Source of the DNA: Atractiella rhizophila
Taxonomy: Eukaryota
NCBI GenBank assembly: GCA_021432655.1
Contig: MU271420.1
Location: 1-54,749 of the forward strand
Reading direction: 5' to 3'
DNA length: 54,749 bases
Shown here: positions 11,580 through 23,918 of the stretch, piece by piece
Position numbering within the stretch: position 1 is the first letter of the stretch
Layout of the letters: each line of letters begins with the position of its first letter
Position numbers and translations under genes: made by a program
The notes under the pieces: generated by a model
The model's input: only the letters and a program-made list of their open reading frames with translations
The model's database searches: none
Told to the model about the DNA's origin: nothing

Positions 11580-14500
11580 ATGTCAGGAGCCCGACAGAAG
11601 TGCGATTGCAGAAGATGTAGCTTACTTCCAGATAATCATCCTAAGCGATGGGTTGCAAAATCAACATTTCATTACCATCATCACCAATATCCTCACATTT
11701 CCACGTTTTTGAACTCTGCCTCAGCGCCAAATCAACCTCAAGGATCACTTTCAGATCAACAATTTGATCTTGCTCCCAGTATTGACAATGGACACTATCT
11801 GTCAGAGAAAAGTGAACAAACAGCACGCTTGGGTTCACGATCACCTATGCTGTGAGTAATATACATCTTAAATTAGTTGTTTGCCTAGTAAATGTTATTA
11901 ACAATTATATAGGCGATCTGAAGATGAGGTTATACCAGGAGTACAAGTTAAAGCTCACCAATCGAGTAAGAGGGAAACTTCACGCCTTGAACTTTCCAAA
12001 ACAACCAGTGGTTTTCTCTATGACGACACAATCAGGCATCCTGTGGAGGACTTTCAATCTGATCCTGATGTAGAGCCAGAAGATACTGAAAATGAACGTC
12101 TGGGTCACTGTGAACAACAAAATAGTATGAGCCCAGAAGATTCACCATTACTACGCCCTGAGTTCAACTATGCGGACGAGCAACTGGATGATTTGATTCT
12201 TGCTGAAGAGGAAGAAATGGCTGAGCTTCCGAGTGTAGAGGAAAGTGGGATGGATGTGGATGAGGATGTAGATGATGAAGAATCTGATAACGAATGGTAA
12301 GGATTCCTCCTATCATATAGAAAGGTCTGATTAGAGGATTACAGTGCATCGACTTCGTCAAATATCTCTGCTGATGACGTCCTATCTCTCTTCTCGGATG
12401 ATGGCCATGATCCAGGCCCCAAGCCAACGGAGCCTCCTTCTGGTCCAAGTATCCTGACGGAAGAAAAGCTTTGGACACTGAAAAACCTTCGAGCATGGGT
12501 TGTCTCTCCAAAAGCGACCGAGGCATCCTACGAGGCTCATCGAGTAAATCTTGAGGAGGCACTTGGATTCAAAATTGGGTCATTCTACATAGCAAAAAAG
12601 CTCCTCACAGACTTAACAAAGCTTCGCCCACAGTGGAGCGACCAGTGTGTAGACACTTGCTTAGGATTTACTGGTGAAAAGGCATCTCTGGACAAATGTC
12701 CCCACTGTAGTGAAGCAAGATTTACAACAGCACGATCGAAGAAGACAGGAACTTCTCTCCCAATTTCCAAGGTGCCTCGCCGCCGATTTGCTTATCTTAG
12801 TTTTCTTCCTCGCATCCGAGCGCTTCTTGACAATCCAGAAACAGCAAAGACGATAGGAAACTTTGGAGACCTGTTAAAGAAGAGCGTTGAGGCTATAGAT
12901 AAAGCTCAGAAGGAGTATCGGGACTGGTATGATGGCAAGGTGCTTCAAGACCTATACATGTCTTCTCAGAAGGTCCTTCAAAATGATCCTCGCGAAACAG
13001 TGTTCTACGCTTCAACTGATGGTGCTTCCTTACAACTCCGCCGTGCCGATAGCAATGCTTGGGTGTTTATCCTCATAGCATCGTGCTATGATCCGAAAGC
13101 TCGTTATCTTAAGGAGCACCTCTTCCTCCTCTGCATTGTCCCTGGACCAAAAAACCCAATCGATATCTCTTCCTTTTTCTATCTCTTTTTTAAAGAGATG
13201 GCAAAAGCAGCTACTGGGCACTGGCTCTACGATCGCTTCAAAAGGGAGTGGTTTTTATGGAGAGCATGGTTATTAGCACTGCTTGGGGACATGTTGGGAT
13301 CAACGAAGTTTAATGGGTGTACTGGCCATCAGGGAAAGTGTGGTTGCAGGTATTGTTGGCTTCATGGCCAATTGAAGAAACATGGGATGAGACCATATTA
13401 CTACACATGGAAAACTGTCAAATATCCCGATGGAACTCTCCCAACGACCTCGAAACGACCTGCACACTACAATCCTTATGACAAGACCCTTCACCGCACA
13501 CCAAAACAGTATTATAAAACTCTTCGACAGCTAGAACAAGCTCCAACTGAGGCTGCAAGAAAGCGAATCAGCAAAGAGACGGGCATCAAGCGAGCTTCAG
13601 AGTGTGCTGGTCTGCCAACTTTTATCGATGTCGCCACCTTTCATCCCCTTGACATTTCTCACCTCACCCTTGCTGATTTGGCAAAACTTATTTGGCGAAT
13701 CTGGACTGGAGAACTGAAAGGAAATGACTCTCACCTCGAACCTCTCATCCTCTCTGCGACTGATCAAGTCTGGATTGGAGAAAGAATGAGAGACGCGAAG
13801 AAGGATCTTCCTGCTTCTTTTGCTGCAACTGCTCCTCGTCCAATCCATGAGGCTGTCAACACCCAGTACAAGATGGCCGAGTGGTGGGCATTTATTGATT
13901 GGTATTCATTACCTCTTCTTGTTCATCTGAACGCAGATGAGAGAGTTTTAATGAATTGGAATAACTTCATTCATGGATTTCGACTTGCATGGCAGTATGA
14001 GTTGACAGAAGAAGAGGTGGAGACGATGGAGACATATTTGAATCAGTGGGCATTAGGTTGGGAGGAGCTTTATATTCGAGACGAGTCGTCAAATATTGAA
14101 CGAGCGACAATGAACTTCCACACTGTTTCCCACATTGCCCTTAACATTCGAAATCATGGACCTCCAATCCTTTCTTCTCAACTTCCTTGCGAACGGGTCA
14201 TTGGTCAGTCAAAAGAGTCAATTACACAGAAAGGAAAGTATTTCGAGAACATGATTCAGAATATGATCCGCCGCGAGCAGTTTAACATCCTCAATATTCA
14301 ATATCCAGATGAAAAGTTCGCTTTTCGATCTTCACGGACTCAGAATCTTCTGGCCCATGGTGTCACCTGTGCGCTTGTTGCTCCTCGCTGGAATTCCTTT
14401 CCTTATAAGGCAGTGCAAGGAGTTGAAAAGGACTGGTGGAAGAAGGAGGTAGCTGTTCTTCGCCAGTTTTGTGCCAGGAACCGCCTCAAAGTTCCAGAAT

Positions 14501-15046
14501 CAGAAGAACAGTTTGAGGAGCTCGCTGCTAGTTGGACAAGATGGGGAAAGGCAAGACTAAGAGGAGGAAGCATGCTGCGTTCAGTACGACAAGAGAGCTC
14601 AACTCGTCAGATCACACGGTCTAGTTGCAGGATGCAGGTAAGTCTTTCCTATAATTATGTGCTTTTGAATAAAAAGCTTGCAGGCAGTTGCAGACAATGG
14701 CGAAGCCATGTACTGTGATGTCTACTCTTTTGTCCAAATTGCAATCGGGTCTAGTTTATACAAGATCGCAGTTGTTCAGTTTTATAACAAGCTCAAAGCA
14801 TTTTCAGGCTGTGATAGTTTGATTAGGACCAAATTATCTGATGATTGGGGCGCTGTTCCTTTGAGGAGGATACACAGCGTAATTGGTGTATTCCAACTTG
14901 AAGATTATCATTACATTCTGCATCCACACTCTTATGCGTTTAGAAGACCCTTGGAGGTGCCAGCGGCTGTAGATTGGGAGGAAATTTCGGAGGAGCAACC
15001 GGACGAGGAAGACATTGCACTTGATCCAGCTGTAGACGATGAATAG
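11580..15046 (+). CDS. CACTA/EnSpm-type transposase (Transposase_21/Tnp2-like); spliced, apparently intact
   Basis: N-terminal CDCRRC..WVAKSTFHYH. Zinc finger DQCVDTCLGFTG..LDKCPHCSEARF (~12640-12725, in frame with the 12772 ORF). Core motifs STDG, IVPGPKNP.DISSF, LLGDMLG..KFNG..GHQGKCGCRYC, HPLDISH and QLPCERVIG. Introns at ~11853, ~11965, ~12297 and ~14638. Confidence 0.9.
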
Positions 15047-15805
15047 TTTTTGCTTCGTTTCACTTGTTTCCAGGTGAGCTCTGCCGATGATATATGTGTC
15101 TTACAAAGCAAGAGTGATACTCCGTACATGTTTGTAACTCATTGCATATCAACAGAATACTTTGATTGTGTACTGAATGGCCTATTACAGCACCTCAACG
15201 AGTAACAGAAGCGGGACACCCATTGGTCCATGGGCGAAAGTAGACAAGGAGGTTTGGAAGAACAGACATCCAGACGGCCAGTATGGCCTGTCCGCAGAAG
15301 AACGAAAAGCTACACGCCTACTATGACCCGTCAGCAAAATATAAAAATTGCACGGACTGAAATGAAAGATATTGTGCCACCTGGTGTGCACGTAAATAAT
15401 TTGAGCACTCACTAGCTCACTTATAATGAATGCGATGTCGTAATATCTATCTCCTCTCAAATACCTTGTGCCCAATTCCCCCAAATCCAGAGCAAGTATA
15501 CGTAGGAGGTGTTCAAGGAAGGGAACTTGCTGTTGCATCACGCGAACGCATTGCTCGATGACGACTTCTCATTCATGAGCTTATTTCTGCCTGGACGGTG
15601 GAAGGCCGTGGACAAGACACGGCCTGGCTCCAGACTTTGTACAATACCTGTGAAAGGTCCTTGTGCTGCTTCCCCGTCTCCACTTTTTTGATTTCTAGTT
15701 TTTTGAAAGAGGCCCCTTATGAGATTACCGGGGCAGTTTTTGATTTATCGGCCCTGTCCACAGAGTCAGAATGAAAACGTAAGGAGAAGCCAACTTGTGT
15801 TGCTA

Positions 15806-15852
15806 CATGACTCCCTTACGGAAGCAAATCATTTGCCCGTATGGGAGTCATG
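15806..15852. repeat. Imperfect palindrome/hairpin
   Basis: CATGACTCCC-TTACGG-AA-GCAAAT-C-ATTTGC-CCGTA-T-GGGAGTCATG: nested complementary arms of 10, 5 and 6 bp. Confidence 0.8.
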
Positions 15853-16879
15853 GTGAGTCATGCTAGGTGAGCCGCCTTCACTTCGTTCCATGAGGCAATA
15901 GCACATTCACTGAAACTACAAGTTACCTCAATAACCAGCTCTCTTGCTGCGCTATCAGTGGCACCTCACCCGCACGCCAACTGCACTCAAACGCAACGTA
16001 TTCTTCTTTGCTCACACAGGCATCATCTGGCCGCCCGTACGCCAGCTTCGAACGACGACTACAAACGACAAAATCGACAATTCTGACAATTGCACTTATC
16101 CAACACGCGTCAAACTTGCACACCCGAACCTGAGAGTGGGGAGGGCCATATTCTGTGAGTTTTAACTTCTCTGACACGGTTTTTTAATGACGTCAATTTT
16201 TACTTGTGAGGGTGAGGGTGATTTCAACGCGTTTTCTCCTCACAGTCTGCGGTATTTCTCTGTGTGGTCGACTTTCAGATTAGATACGGCGATGGGTGGA
16301 GGTTCTATATTGTTTAGATAAGTAGTTGCGTAGTAGTTAGAGCTAGTGCGTCTCTTATTATGATTGAAGGAGCAGTCGGAGGTTGGGCAGCTTTTTTTAC
16401 ACTGTCAGAGCTTCAATAATGCCTTGAAGACGAGTTGGAGGGACTCTTAAGCTCATCTCGTTGGATTGGTACGTGATTTTTGGCACCGAATAGCTGATAA
16501 CATGGCCTTTGGACCGGGTTCTACTGCGTCCGTGTTGCGTGGTCTTCCCTCATTCTTTCTTCTCCTTGCTCACCGTACCCTTGTTGAGTAGTGCTAACTG
16601 TTTTTTTCTCCCAGCTCCTGTTCTAATCTATGGCATCAGGTCTATCAAGCCATGCAGCGAAGCGCGGATTCCCCATCTCACAACCGACCTCCTTCACAAT
16701 TCCTCAAGGGTTGATCGATCTTTGTTCAGGTTACGGCGAGGGTGTTAAGGGTGAATTGAAAGAGAGGTGAAGGACAAGGAAAGGAGATCCGATCGATTGG
16801 AGAGGGTGAGAGGAAGGGAAATATCTGGATTTGTGAAATGGAATTGGGTTACTTGCCTCCTCACGAGCTCCTAATGTGT

Positions 16880-17270
16880 ACCTCTAAAGCACCTAAAAGC
16901 ACCTCAATGCAACAGCAAGCCTGCCCGAAGCACCTTGACAGCACCCGTAAAGCACTCAGGCGAGCGCCCTGACAGCACCTAGGATCAAACTCGAAAGCAC
17001 TTATCGAGCACCTTCACTGCTTATCCATAGAGCTCTACAAGCACCTAAAATTGACATTGCAAAGCATCTATGGAACACTCCTGTGGCACTTAAGAAGAGC
17101 TTTACAAGCACCTATCAAAGCACCTCAACGTCCCGCACTACGGCCCTATATTTGTTTCGGTTGAGTGCTTTGCTAGGTGCTTGAGGAGTGATTCCGGAGT
17201 CCAAGAATCCCACCTATCTACCACTCCCCACCTCACCTCCACCTGACGACCACCTAAACGGCACTCAAGC
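16880..17270. repeat. Dispersed short AGCAC(CT) repeat array (subterminal repeats)
   Basis: About a dozen (A)AGCAC(C/T)T copies at 16886-17125, including a near-duplicate AGAGCT(C/T)TACAAGCACCTA. Two inverted copies at ~17163-17182, then CACCT repeats. Confidence 0.8.
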
Positions 17271-17422
17271 AGGACTTGGACTCTTTCCAGGGGTGCACCT
17301 CATTGGCCTGAGCGCTCTTTCCTGGGCTTCAGCTGGAAGTGATTGTGACGGTGTCGTGAGTTGAGCATCTTCTATGTTAGAAATCGACTATACAATGATG
17401 TTATAGGAACCTTTGAACGACG

Positions 17423-19294
17423 ATGCGCCATGGCCCGTTTCTTCCTGTCTCCGCATGTTGTCCTTTGCTCCAACGCCGCATCTGGTTCAACGCCAAACTT
17501 CATTCCTCTGCAATCAATCAACCGAATAGCCCCTCACCTGCGCCAAAGAGCAGATCTCCTGCTCTCCCTCCGTCCCTCATCGCTCGCTATAAGCTTCTCT
17601 CAAGGCTCCACCGCTGCATGCACCTCCACGTCCCCAACCCTTCCCTTCTCTGGTCAGCCATCCAGGACATAGAAAAAAGCGACTTTCACCACCAGAGCGA
17701 CCCATCCCAAACAGTTCTGGATGCTCCTACGATACAAAAGGTCTTTGTCATCCTCGCACGCTCTCCACCTTCAGAGGAAGGACTGGATCGACTTCTGACT
17801 CTCGTGGGCATGCTCAATACCTCCCTTGCTCGTGCGAAATCAGAAGGAGGAGATCCGATACCGCTCTCGCCGAGTATACACACGACCCTTATGGGATACG
17901 CATCCAAACTTTCCCTTGGAAGCAAGAATAAGTTCCACATGCTTCGTCGGATCAATACTCTCCTCAAACAGCCCAACTGGCAGACGGGGACCACACCTCT
18001 CCTACCGGACTCAGAATACGAACGAAATAGCTTCAATCTATTCTTGAGCACTGCAGCGAAGAGTGGAAGGTGGAGAGAGTACGACGGTTATTTGCTTAGG
18101 ATGAGGGAGGCAGGGGTGGAAGAGGATGAGTGGACTTGGAGTGCGAAGATTAGGAGGGCCGTGGAAGAGGATGGGGTGGGTGAGATGGAACATGAATTTG
18201 CGAGGAGCTTGATATGGGACTTGAATAAGAAATCCGCCAGAGAGGATGGAAAGAAAGGTCATGGAATTGAGACAGAAGTGTGGAATCTCGTCATTTGGCA
18301 CCATCTTTCTGGTCGCCAGATCGACAGAGCTCGACAGCTCTACTCTCTCATGAATTCCCAATCTGCAGTTCCTATGTCCGCAATATTCCCTTCCTTACCT
18401 TCCGATATTCAGGACGGAGAGAAACTACTCGTCCAACCTCCAGCTCCAGATCACATAACACGCACCATTCTCCTCCGCTCCATCTCCTTTTACGGCCTCT
18501 ACCCCCTCATGCTCAGCATCATTCGCGACATTTCTTCCTCGTCTTCTTCTGATACCTCACGGGCATGGAACTGGTCCCTTCTCCGCTCCGGCGCACTGGA
18601 CATGCAAAACTACAGCGACATCTTCCATGGCTTTGCATTGCACGTTCACGACCGCTCCTCGTTCCTCCAGCGACGTTCGCCTCTCTTGTCCTCTGCCTCA
18701 GTAGACGAAGAGAAGAAGGATGAGAAAATACGAGGAAAAGGAGCTCTCGACGCCGTGATGGACATCGTGGAGCGGTCACTTTCGGAGAAACCACCAGAAA
18801 GAGAATCATCAGATTGGACGTTGGAGCATCTTAGGTCTTTCTTTGAAGCTTTCATGCTCCTCCGCGCCGCCCCTTCCAACTCCAATCTCCCTGATTTCTT
18901 CCCCTCTACCTCGCTCTCCCCTTCCACAGCGCAACCGCTAAACTCACGTGGACTCCGACACGCGATCCACAACACGCGAGCACCATCAAAAGAGGCCGTC
19001 TTTTATATCCTCACGGCATTCAAGAAGGCGACAGGAGACGATGCGAAAGAATGTCTAGAAGTGTGGGAGAAGTTGAGGGAGAAGTTCGAGCATGTTGATC
19101 CGTTGGGATTAAAGCAGGAGATGAGAGGAGGAGTGGACAAAGGACGGAGTGCAGGGGAGGCCAGGGTGAACCGGTTACTCGCCAGTTTGAATGGGAAGGG
19201 TTGGAAGGGATGGAAAGTCGACAAGCGCACGGAGAGGCTCGTCCGAATCTGGAGAGTAAGAGTGGGAACGGAGAGGAGGGAGGAAAAGGATTGA
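17423..19294 (+). CDS. PPR-like, probably mitochondrial protein (single exon, 623 aa)
   Basis: Arg-rich N-terminal presequence-like region. PPR-like helices: SFNLFLSTAAKSGRWREYDGYLLRMREAGVEEDEWTW, EVWNLVIWHHLSGRQIDRARQLYSLM and PDHITRTILLRS. Confidence 0.6.
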   Translation: MRHGPFLPVSACCPLLQRRIWFNAKLHSSAINQPNSPSPAPKSRSPALPPSLIARYKLLSRLHRCMHLHVPNPSLLWSAIQDIEKSDFHHQSDPSQTVLDAPTIQKVFVILARSPPSEEGLDRLLTLVGMLNTSLARAKSEGGDPIPLSPSIHTTLMGYASKLSLGSKNKFHMLRRINTLLKQPNWQTGTTPLLPDSEYERNSFNLFLSTAAKSGRWREYDGYLLRMREAGVEEDEWTWSAKIRRAVEEDGVGEMEHEFARSLIWDLNKKSAREDGKKGHGIETEVWNLVIWHHLSGRQIDRARQLYSLMNSQSAVPMSAIFPSLPSDIQDGEKLLVQPPAPDHITRTILLRSISFYGLYPLMLSIIRDISSSSSSDTSRAWNWSLLRSGALDMQNYSDIFHGFALHVHDRSSFLQRRSPLLSSASVDEEKKDEKIRGKGALDAVMDIVERSLSEKPPERESSDWTLEHLRSFFEAFMLLRAAPSNSNLPDFFPSTSLSPSTAQPLNSRGLRHAIHNTRAPSKEAVFYILTAFKKATGDDAKECLEVWEKLREKFEHVDPLGLKQEMRGGVDKGRSAGEARVNRLLASLNGKGWKGWKVDKRTERLVRIWRVRVGTERREEKD

Positions 19295-19553
19295 GCTGTT
19301 AGGTTTGTGTACATTGGGTATTCAGGAGTCAGCAACCTAATGTTTGCCCTCGCGGATTAATGAATGGAGGGAGTGATACAAGGTGCAACAAAACTAATAA
19401 CGCTCTGGGACTATTGAAAGAGTCAAGGTGTGATAAAGCATTTTTCGTTCATGCAACACTCAGTATCTATTCATCAAGTAGAGACTAAATGCTCGTCTAG
19501 GATGACAGAACGGTAATGGCATTAGTCTCTACTCATCGACAGCTAACCCACTA

Positions 19554-20370
19554 TCAACCTAGTGGTAAAGCATTTGCACCGCTTCCACTAGGCTTGAAAG
19601 CCTTCAATTTCTTCTTTGGTCTCTCCCCACTCTGTCCCTCAGCTTTGAACTTCATCCTCCTCTTCTCCTCCCTCTTTTTAGCCTTCGACACCGCGCCATC
19701 TTTGCTCTCCTTCTTCCCTTGCTGCTTCTCTTCACCTTCTCCATCCCCATCCGGTGCTTCACTCTCCTTCTCCTTTGCCTGTTCTGCTCTCCTCTGCCTC
19801 TGTTCCTCCAGCCGCTTCCGATGCTCCACTATCTTCCCTTTTCTGCCCTCTGAATTTCCACCTCCTCCCGCAGTAAGCTCGACACGGATCTTCGTCTTGC
19901 CCAATGTCGTACCGTGCAAACGTAGAGCGGATTGCAGAGCCGTCTTTTCCGTGAATTCCGCAAATGCGAACGGACCACCACGACCCTTTCTTTCCTGCTT
20001 TGGACCACGCTGTTGCCGGATACGTATGACAGGAGTCTCTCCTTTGCAGCCAAAATGGCCAGTTAGCGTATAATTTGGAAGAGGTGACAGAACTACTAAC
20101 CACATGAAGCAAAGTGCTCAGAAAGCTGCTGTTCTGTCACATCGGACGAGATATTGCCTGTTCATCCAGTCACAACGTTTGCATCTGGACATCCACTTGA
20201 AGAAAAGGAAATTGCGCACCAACGAAGAGGATCAGTTTTTGCTTTTTCGCAATTCCATTCTCGGGCGCTTTTTCGTTCTCAGCTGAAATCTGATCCTTGT
20301 CAGTGCTGATGTCAGCGAATTTTCGTTTCTTTGAGGACTTCTCCTTTGCACTCTGGTGCTTTGGATCCAT
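19554..20370 (-). CDS. NOP6: Nop6-like nucleolar RRM protein; spliced
   Basis: KLILFVG|NI (RNP2), FAFAEF (RNP1), ALRLHGTTLGKTKIRVELTAGGGGNSEGRKGKI, a Lys-rich tail and a terminal SGANALPLG. Confidence 0.8.
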
Positions 20371-20607
20371 ATTGCTTCCTAGACCGTAATATGTAATATT
20401 GTAATATTTTGATTTTGCTGGTCTTTTGCAGCCGGAGGAACCGTGGAACCTTTTCCGGTTCAATAAAATTTTTTGAACTCACGCTGAAAACAACCACGAC
20501 TCGACCACCACATCGATCCATCTCCGTCCCTCTCACGATTCTGTCTTTTTCTGCCTCTGCCTCCTCGCCCAGACTCGCGCCCTGCACAGATCCAAATCGA
20601 TTCAGCT

Positions 20608-22860
20608 ATGGTATCTGCACCCGAAAGCCAACAAGCCAACTCAGCCAACACTCCAAAGCCCCAGACAGACGTCAAAGAAATCGCTAATGGAATAGCAAAC
20701 CTGACTGTCAACGGAGTTAGTAGTCAGGAGGAGTCTGATCATCGGAATGGCCACGAGCAAGGTGCGTTCCATTCTGAATAGAAAGATTGGGGTCTCGGCG
20801 GCGGCGGATTGGATCCACGCCTACGTGTGTAACATCCACAGAGCACAGAATGCAGCACGTAGGCTGGCTCTAGTTATGATGAAAGGACGAGCTCGGATTG
20901 GAAGATTGGACCTGACCCTGTTTGTTTTGACAGTGAACGGAGCCAGTAAAGATCCATCTGATCAGTCACAAGCACCTCCAGCTCACAATTTGCCTCGTGC
21001 GTTTGCGTTCCTACTATCCTCGATGTGACCTACTCAATGAGGAACGCAGCTCGAGAAATCTCAAGTCAAATACCATGCCGCTTCTTCGCCAACGGTAACT
21101 GCAAATACGGGGATAATTGCGCCTTTGCTCATATTCCAGGTTACGCTCCACCTCAACCACCACCTATGCATATGCCCATGTACTATCAAGACCCTAACAT
21201 GTATTACCCTCCGAACCCTCAGTATCCACCCGTTACCCAGACGGCTCCCCCACCAGGCTCCTCGGACACCACCTCTCCCCCTCCTGTCGAGTTGTATCAC
21301 TATCCTCCGTACGCCGCATATTATGCCTACCCTTACGGCTACCCGTACGCCGCAGGTCATCCTCAACAACCCCATATGGTCTATCCACCACCTGGACCGA
21401 TGGTGTCCCCTGCTCCTCAACAGGACGTTTCGTCTCCTCCAGGATCAGCATATCCCTCCCCTCCAGTTCAGCAACCAGGAATCCCTCACCCTCAGTCCCC
21501 GAACATGGTGAATAGCTCACCGACGGGAACGACCCAACTTCCTCCCCAACCACCTTATGTGCACTTCTTTCCTCACTTCCCTCCGGGGACGGCCGGAGGT
21601 CCAGAGATGTACGGAATGACGAGGCCAGATGCTCCTCAAATGATTGGACAAGGACAAGGTGGGGAACTCCCTTTCAATTTCCCCCATCCTTATCCCATCC
21701 CACCGCCAATCTTCATCCCCCGATCTCCAACTCACGATTTCGCTCCTCTGTCTCCAGGAGCGAGACACGAAAGGTCGAGGTCTATGCATACCTTCTTCCA
21801 GACGTCCCCCGGACCAGTTCCGATCCCTCTGTCGCCTCATTCCAACATCCCGACCAATCTTCCCCGTCCACCAACCTCTCCCTCCCAACCTACTTCTCCC
21901 CACGCGAATCGCCCGCCGCTTCCTCCCATGCAAGCTCCTCATCGACGACCTCACGAGAACGGTGTGCCTCCTGGCAATCGGCCTCGATTCAACTCATACT
22001 CCTCAGTTGCCTCACACCATTCCCAAAGAGGTGCTCGGCCGCCTTGCGCTTTCTTTGAAGCCAACAGGTGCAGGAACGGAGACGAGTGTATGTTCCCGCA
22101 TTTTCTACCCGATGGAAGGGACGCGAGGGACTTGAAGGTTGGAATGATTGGAATCGATGGACGGACGGAGCACCCCGAACCTACGAAGAAGGTTATTCTT
22201 CCTGGCCGAAAGCGGACGGACCCTGGGATGGGAAGTTACGGGAGGGGAATGGGATTGGATGAGAAGCCCTTTGGTATCATGAATGGGGGTGGAGCGCCAT
22301 ATAGCCATCGCGATGGACGTGGAATGCCTTTTCAAAATCGGCCGTATAGGCAGAACAATCCCCCACCGCCGACAAACATCAACGCTGCTCTTGCAGGTTT
22401 GGGGAAGAGGACAGGACAGGTGAATGGAAACCCATACGTGAGGGAGCAACGCGTACCAAGCGGCGAAGCGGACTTTCCTGCTCTTCCCATCCCGTCTGCC
22501 TCTCGTTCTGGATCGCGAACACCACCGAAATCTGGCCGAGCAGAAAGCACGGAGAAGAATGAGTTCCTCCCCCGCTCAAATTCTAGCGCCGCCTCCACTC
22601 CAGGTGTCGAAGAATGGTCTCCAGAGCTAGGAAGGGATGGAGCGCCGTCCACGGAGCCATCGAAGCCCAGACCAGTCTCTCCCGTCTCTACCGCCGACAG
22701 CGCAGATGTGACACTGGTCACCGGGAGGGATAGCCCAGTGACGAGCAAGAAGGCCAGTTTCGCCAGTATGGCCGCGAGAGGTGCTTCTCAAAGCTCCCTC
22801 CCTGGACGGGCAGCCTCTGTCCCTAGAAATGCTCCCAGTCCGACCGTCATTAAAGCTTGA
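20608..22860 (+). CDS. CCCH zinc-finger, Pro/Tyr-rich low-complexity RNA-binding protein
   Basis: Two C-x7-C-x5-C-x3-H fingers, PCRFFANGNCKYGDNCAFAH and PCAFFEANRCRNGDECMFPH. Two 5' introns with GTGCGT donors. Confidence 0.8.
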
Positions 22861-23918
22861 TTGCTCGACCTTTTACATCCATCGTATTTGTCACTTGTCT
22901 TCGGATTTCGCTGTCAACTATTACGCAGGAGAAGGACCATACGTTGTTACCTCCCACCAGCTTGGAGTGGGAGAGCTTCATCCCTCGTTTATTATCTAAC
23001 GACCTCGCGACGATACATATTTTACTTATCATCCGCTCCTTACCCGAAAATGAGCTTTTGTTCGATTGTTTCTCAGATGTATTCTTCGCTTGCTTGGTTT
23101 ATTAGCTTCGTCTCATGTTTCGGATCTTTGTCTTAACTCAGCTTCCTCTTTACTTCAAATTAAGCTATCATTCTGTGTTCAGTCGGTTACCCCTTGGTTC
23201 CCTCCGGATTCTTTGCTTTGCTCAACAACATGCATAATCTCCAAACAAACAATTGCCAATTCTCAAATTCACCATTCAACCCTTTCCATTCCTCATTCAT
23301 TTCCTCCCTTCCCCATACGTCTCGTCGACTTCGAACTTGGTGCTCCACTTCCATAGATCAATCCCTTTCCTCTGGTGGTATGGTTGTTCTTTAAGTTCGC
23401 ATTTCTACAAATCCGATCCGTCATCTTCCAATCCCGTTTCCTTTATATGAGTCTCTATGTCGTATTCGAGCGTATTCTTCCTTGAATCCAGCAGTAGGCT
23501 TTTTATCTTTTTCGGGCTTTTTGCCTAAACATATATAGTGACCAACCAAAAAAATTCTGATTCGTTCAGGTCGACGTTGCGTTGTTTCTTGTCCGTTATT
23601 ACCCCTTCAAACCTGGCGTGTTCTCGGCCGGCTCTGCTTTACCCTTGCCAGCTAGACTTGCCTATGTTAATTGATATTCGTTCGAGTCGATTTGTGTTCT
23701 CTGAGTATTGAATGAATATCTCTCGCTCCCTTTGTTCCCTTGATGGATGTCTACCGGTCCTGAGCCGCCTAGAATCCTTGTTCCTGACTAGTTGAGTCTA
23801 AAGCTGATCATCCAAAAGAGTTAAAGAGGATATAAGTTGGCAGAACAAAGCAGACATGAGATTTTACAAATTGGACTGGCGGTCGGGAAAGAACAACACT
23901 TGTCAGCTTGTCAACCAA

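Larger units (their letters stand above)
7950..17330. mobile_element. CACTA/EnSpm (CMC superfamily)-like DNA transposon; boundaries approximate
   Basis: Contains a Tnp2-family transposase plus a divergent unknown gene. Dense AGCAC(CT) repeats lie at 16.9-17.3 kb, with sparser reverse-complement copies (AGGTGC/AGTGCT) at 7.95-8.15 kb. The block sits between housekeeping genes. Exact TIRs and TSD were not resolved. Confidence 0.65.

Noticed and set aside
16880..17130. CRISPR-like appearance of the AGCACCT array
   Set aside because: Repeats are only 5-9 bp with irregular spacing, the context is eukaryotic, and there are no cas genes.
20876..20915. ATGATGA...CTGA resembling C/D snoRNA boxes
   Set aside because: The spacing is too short for a snoRNA and the CTGA is part of the intron branch site CTGAC.
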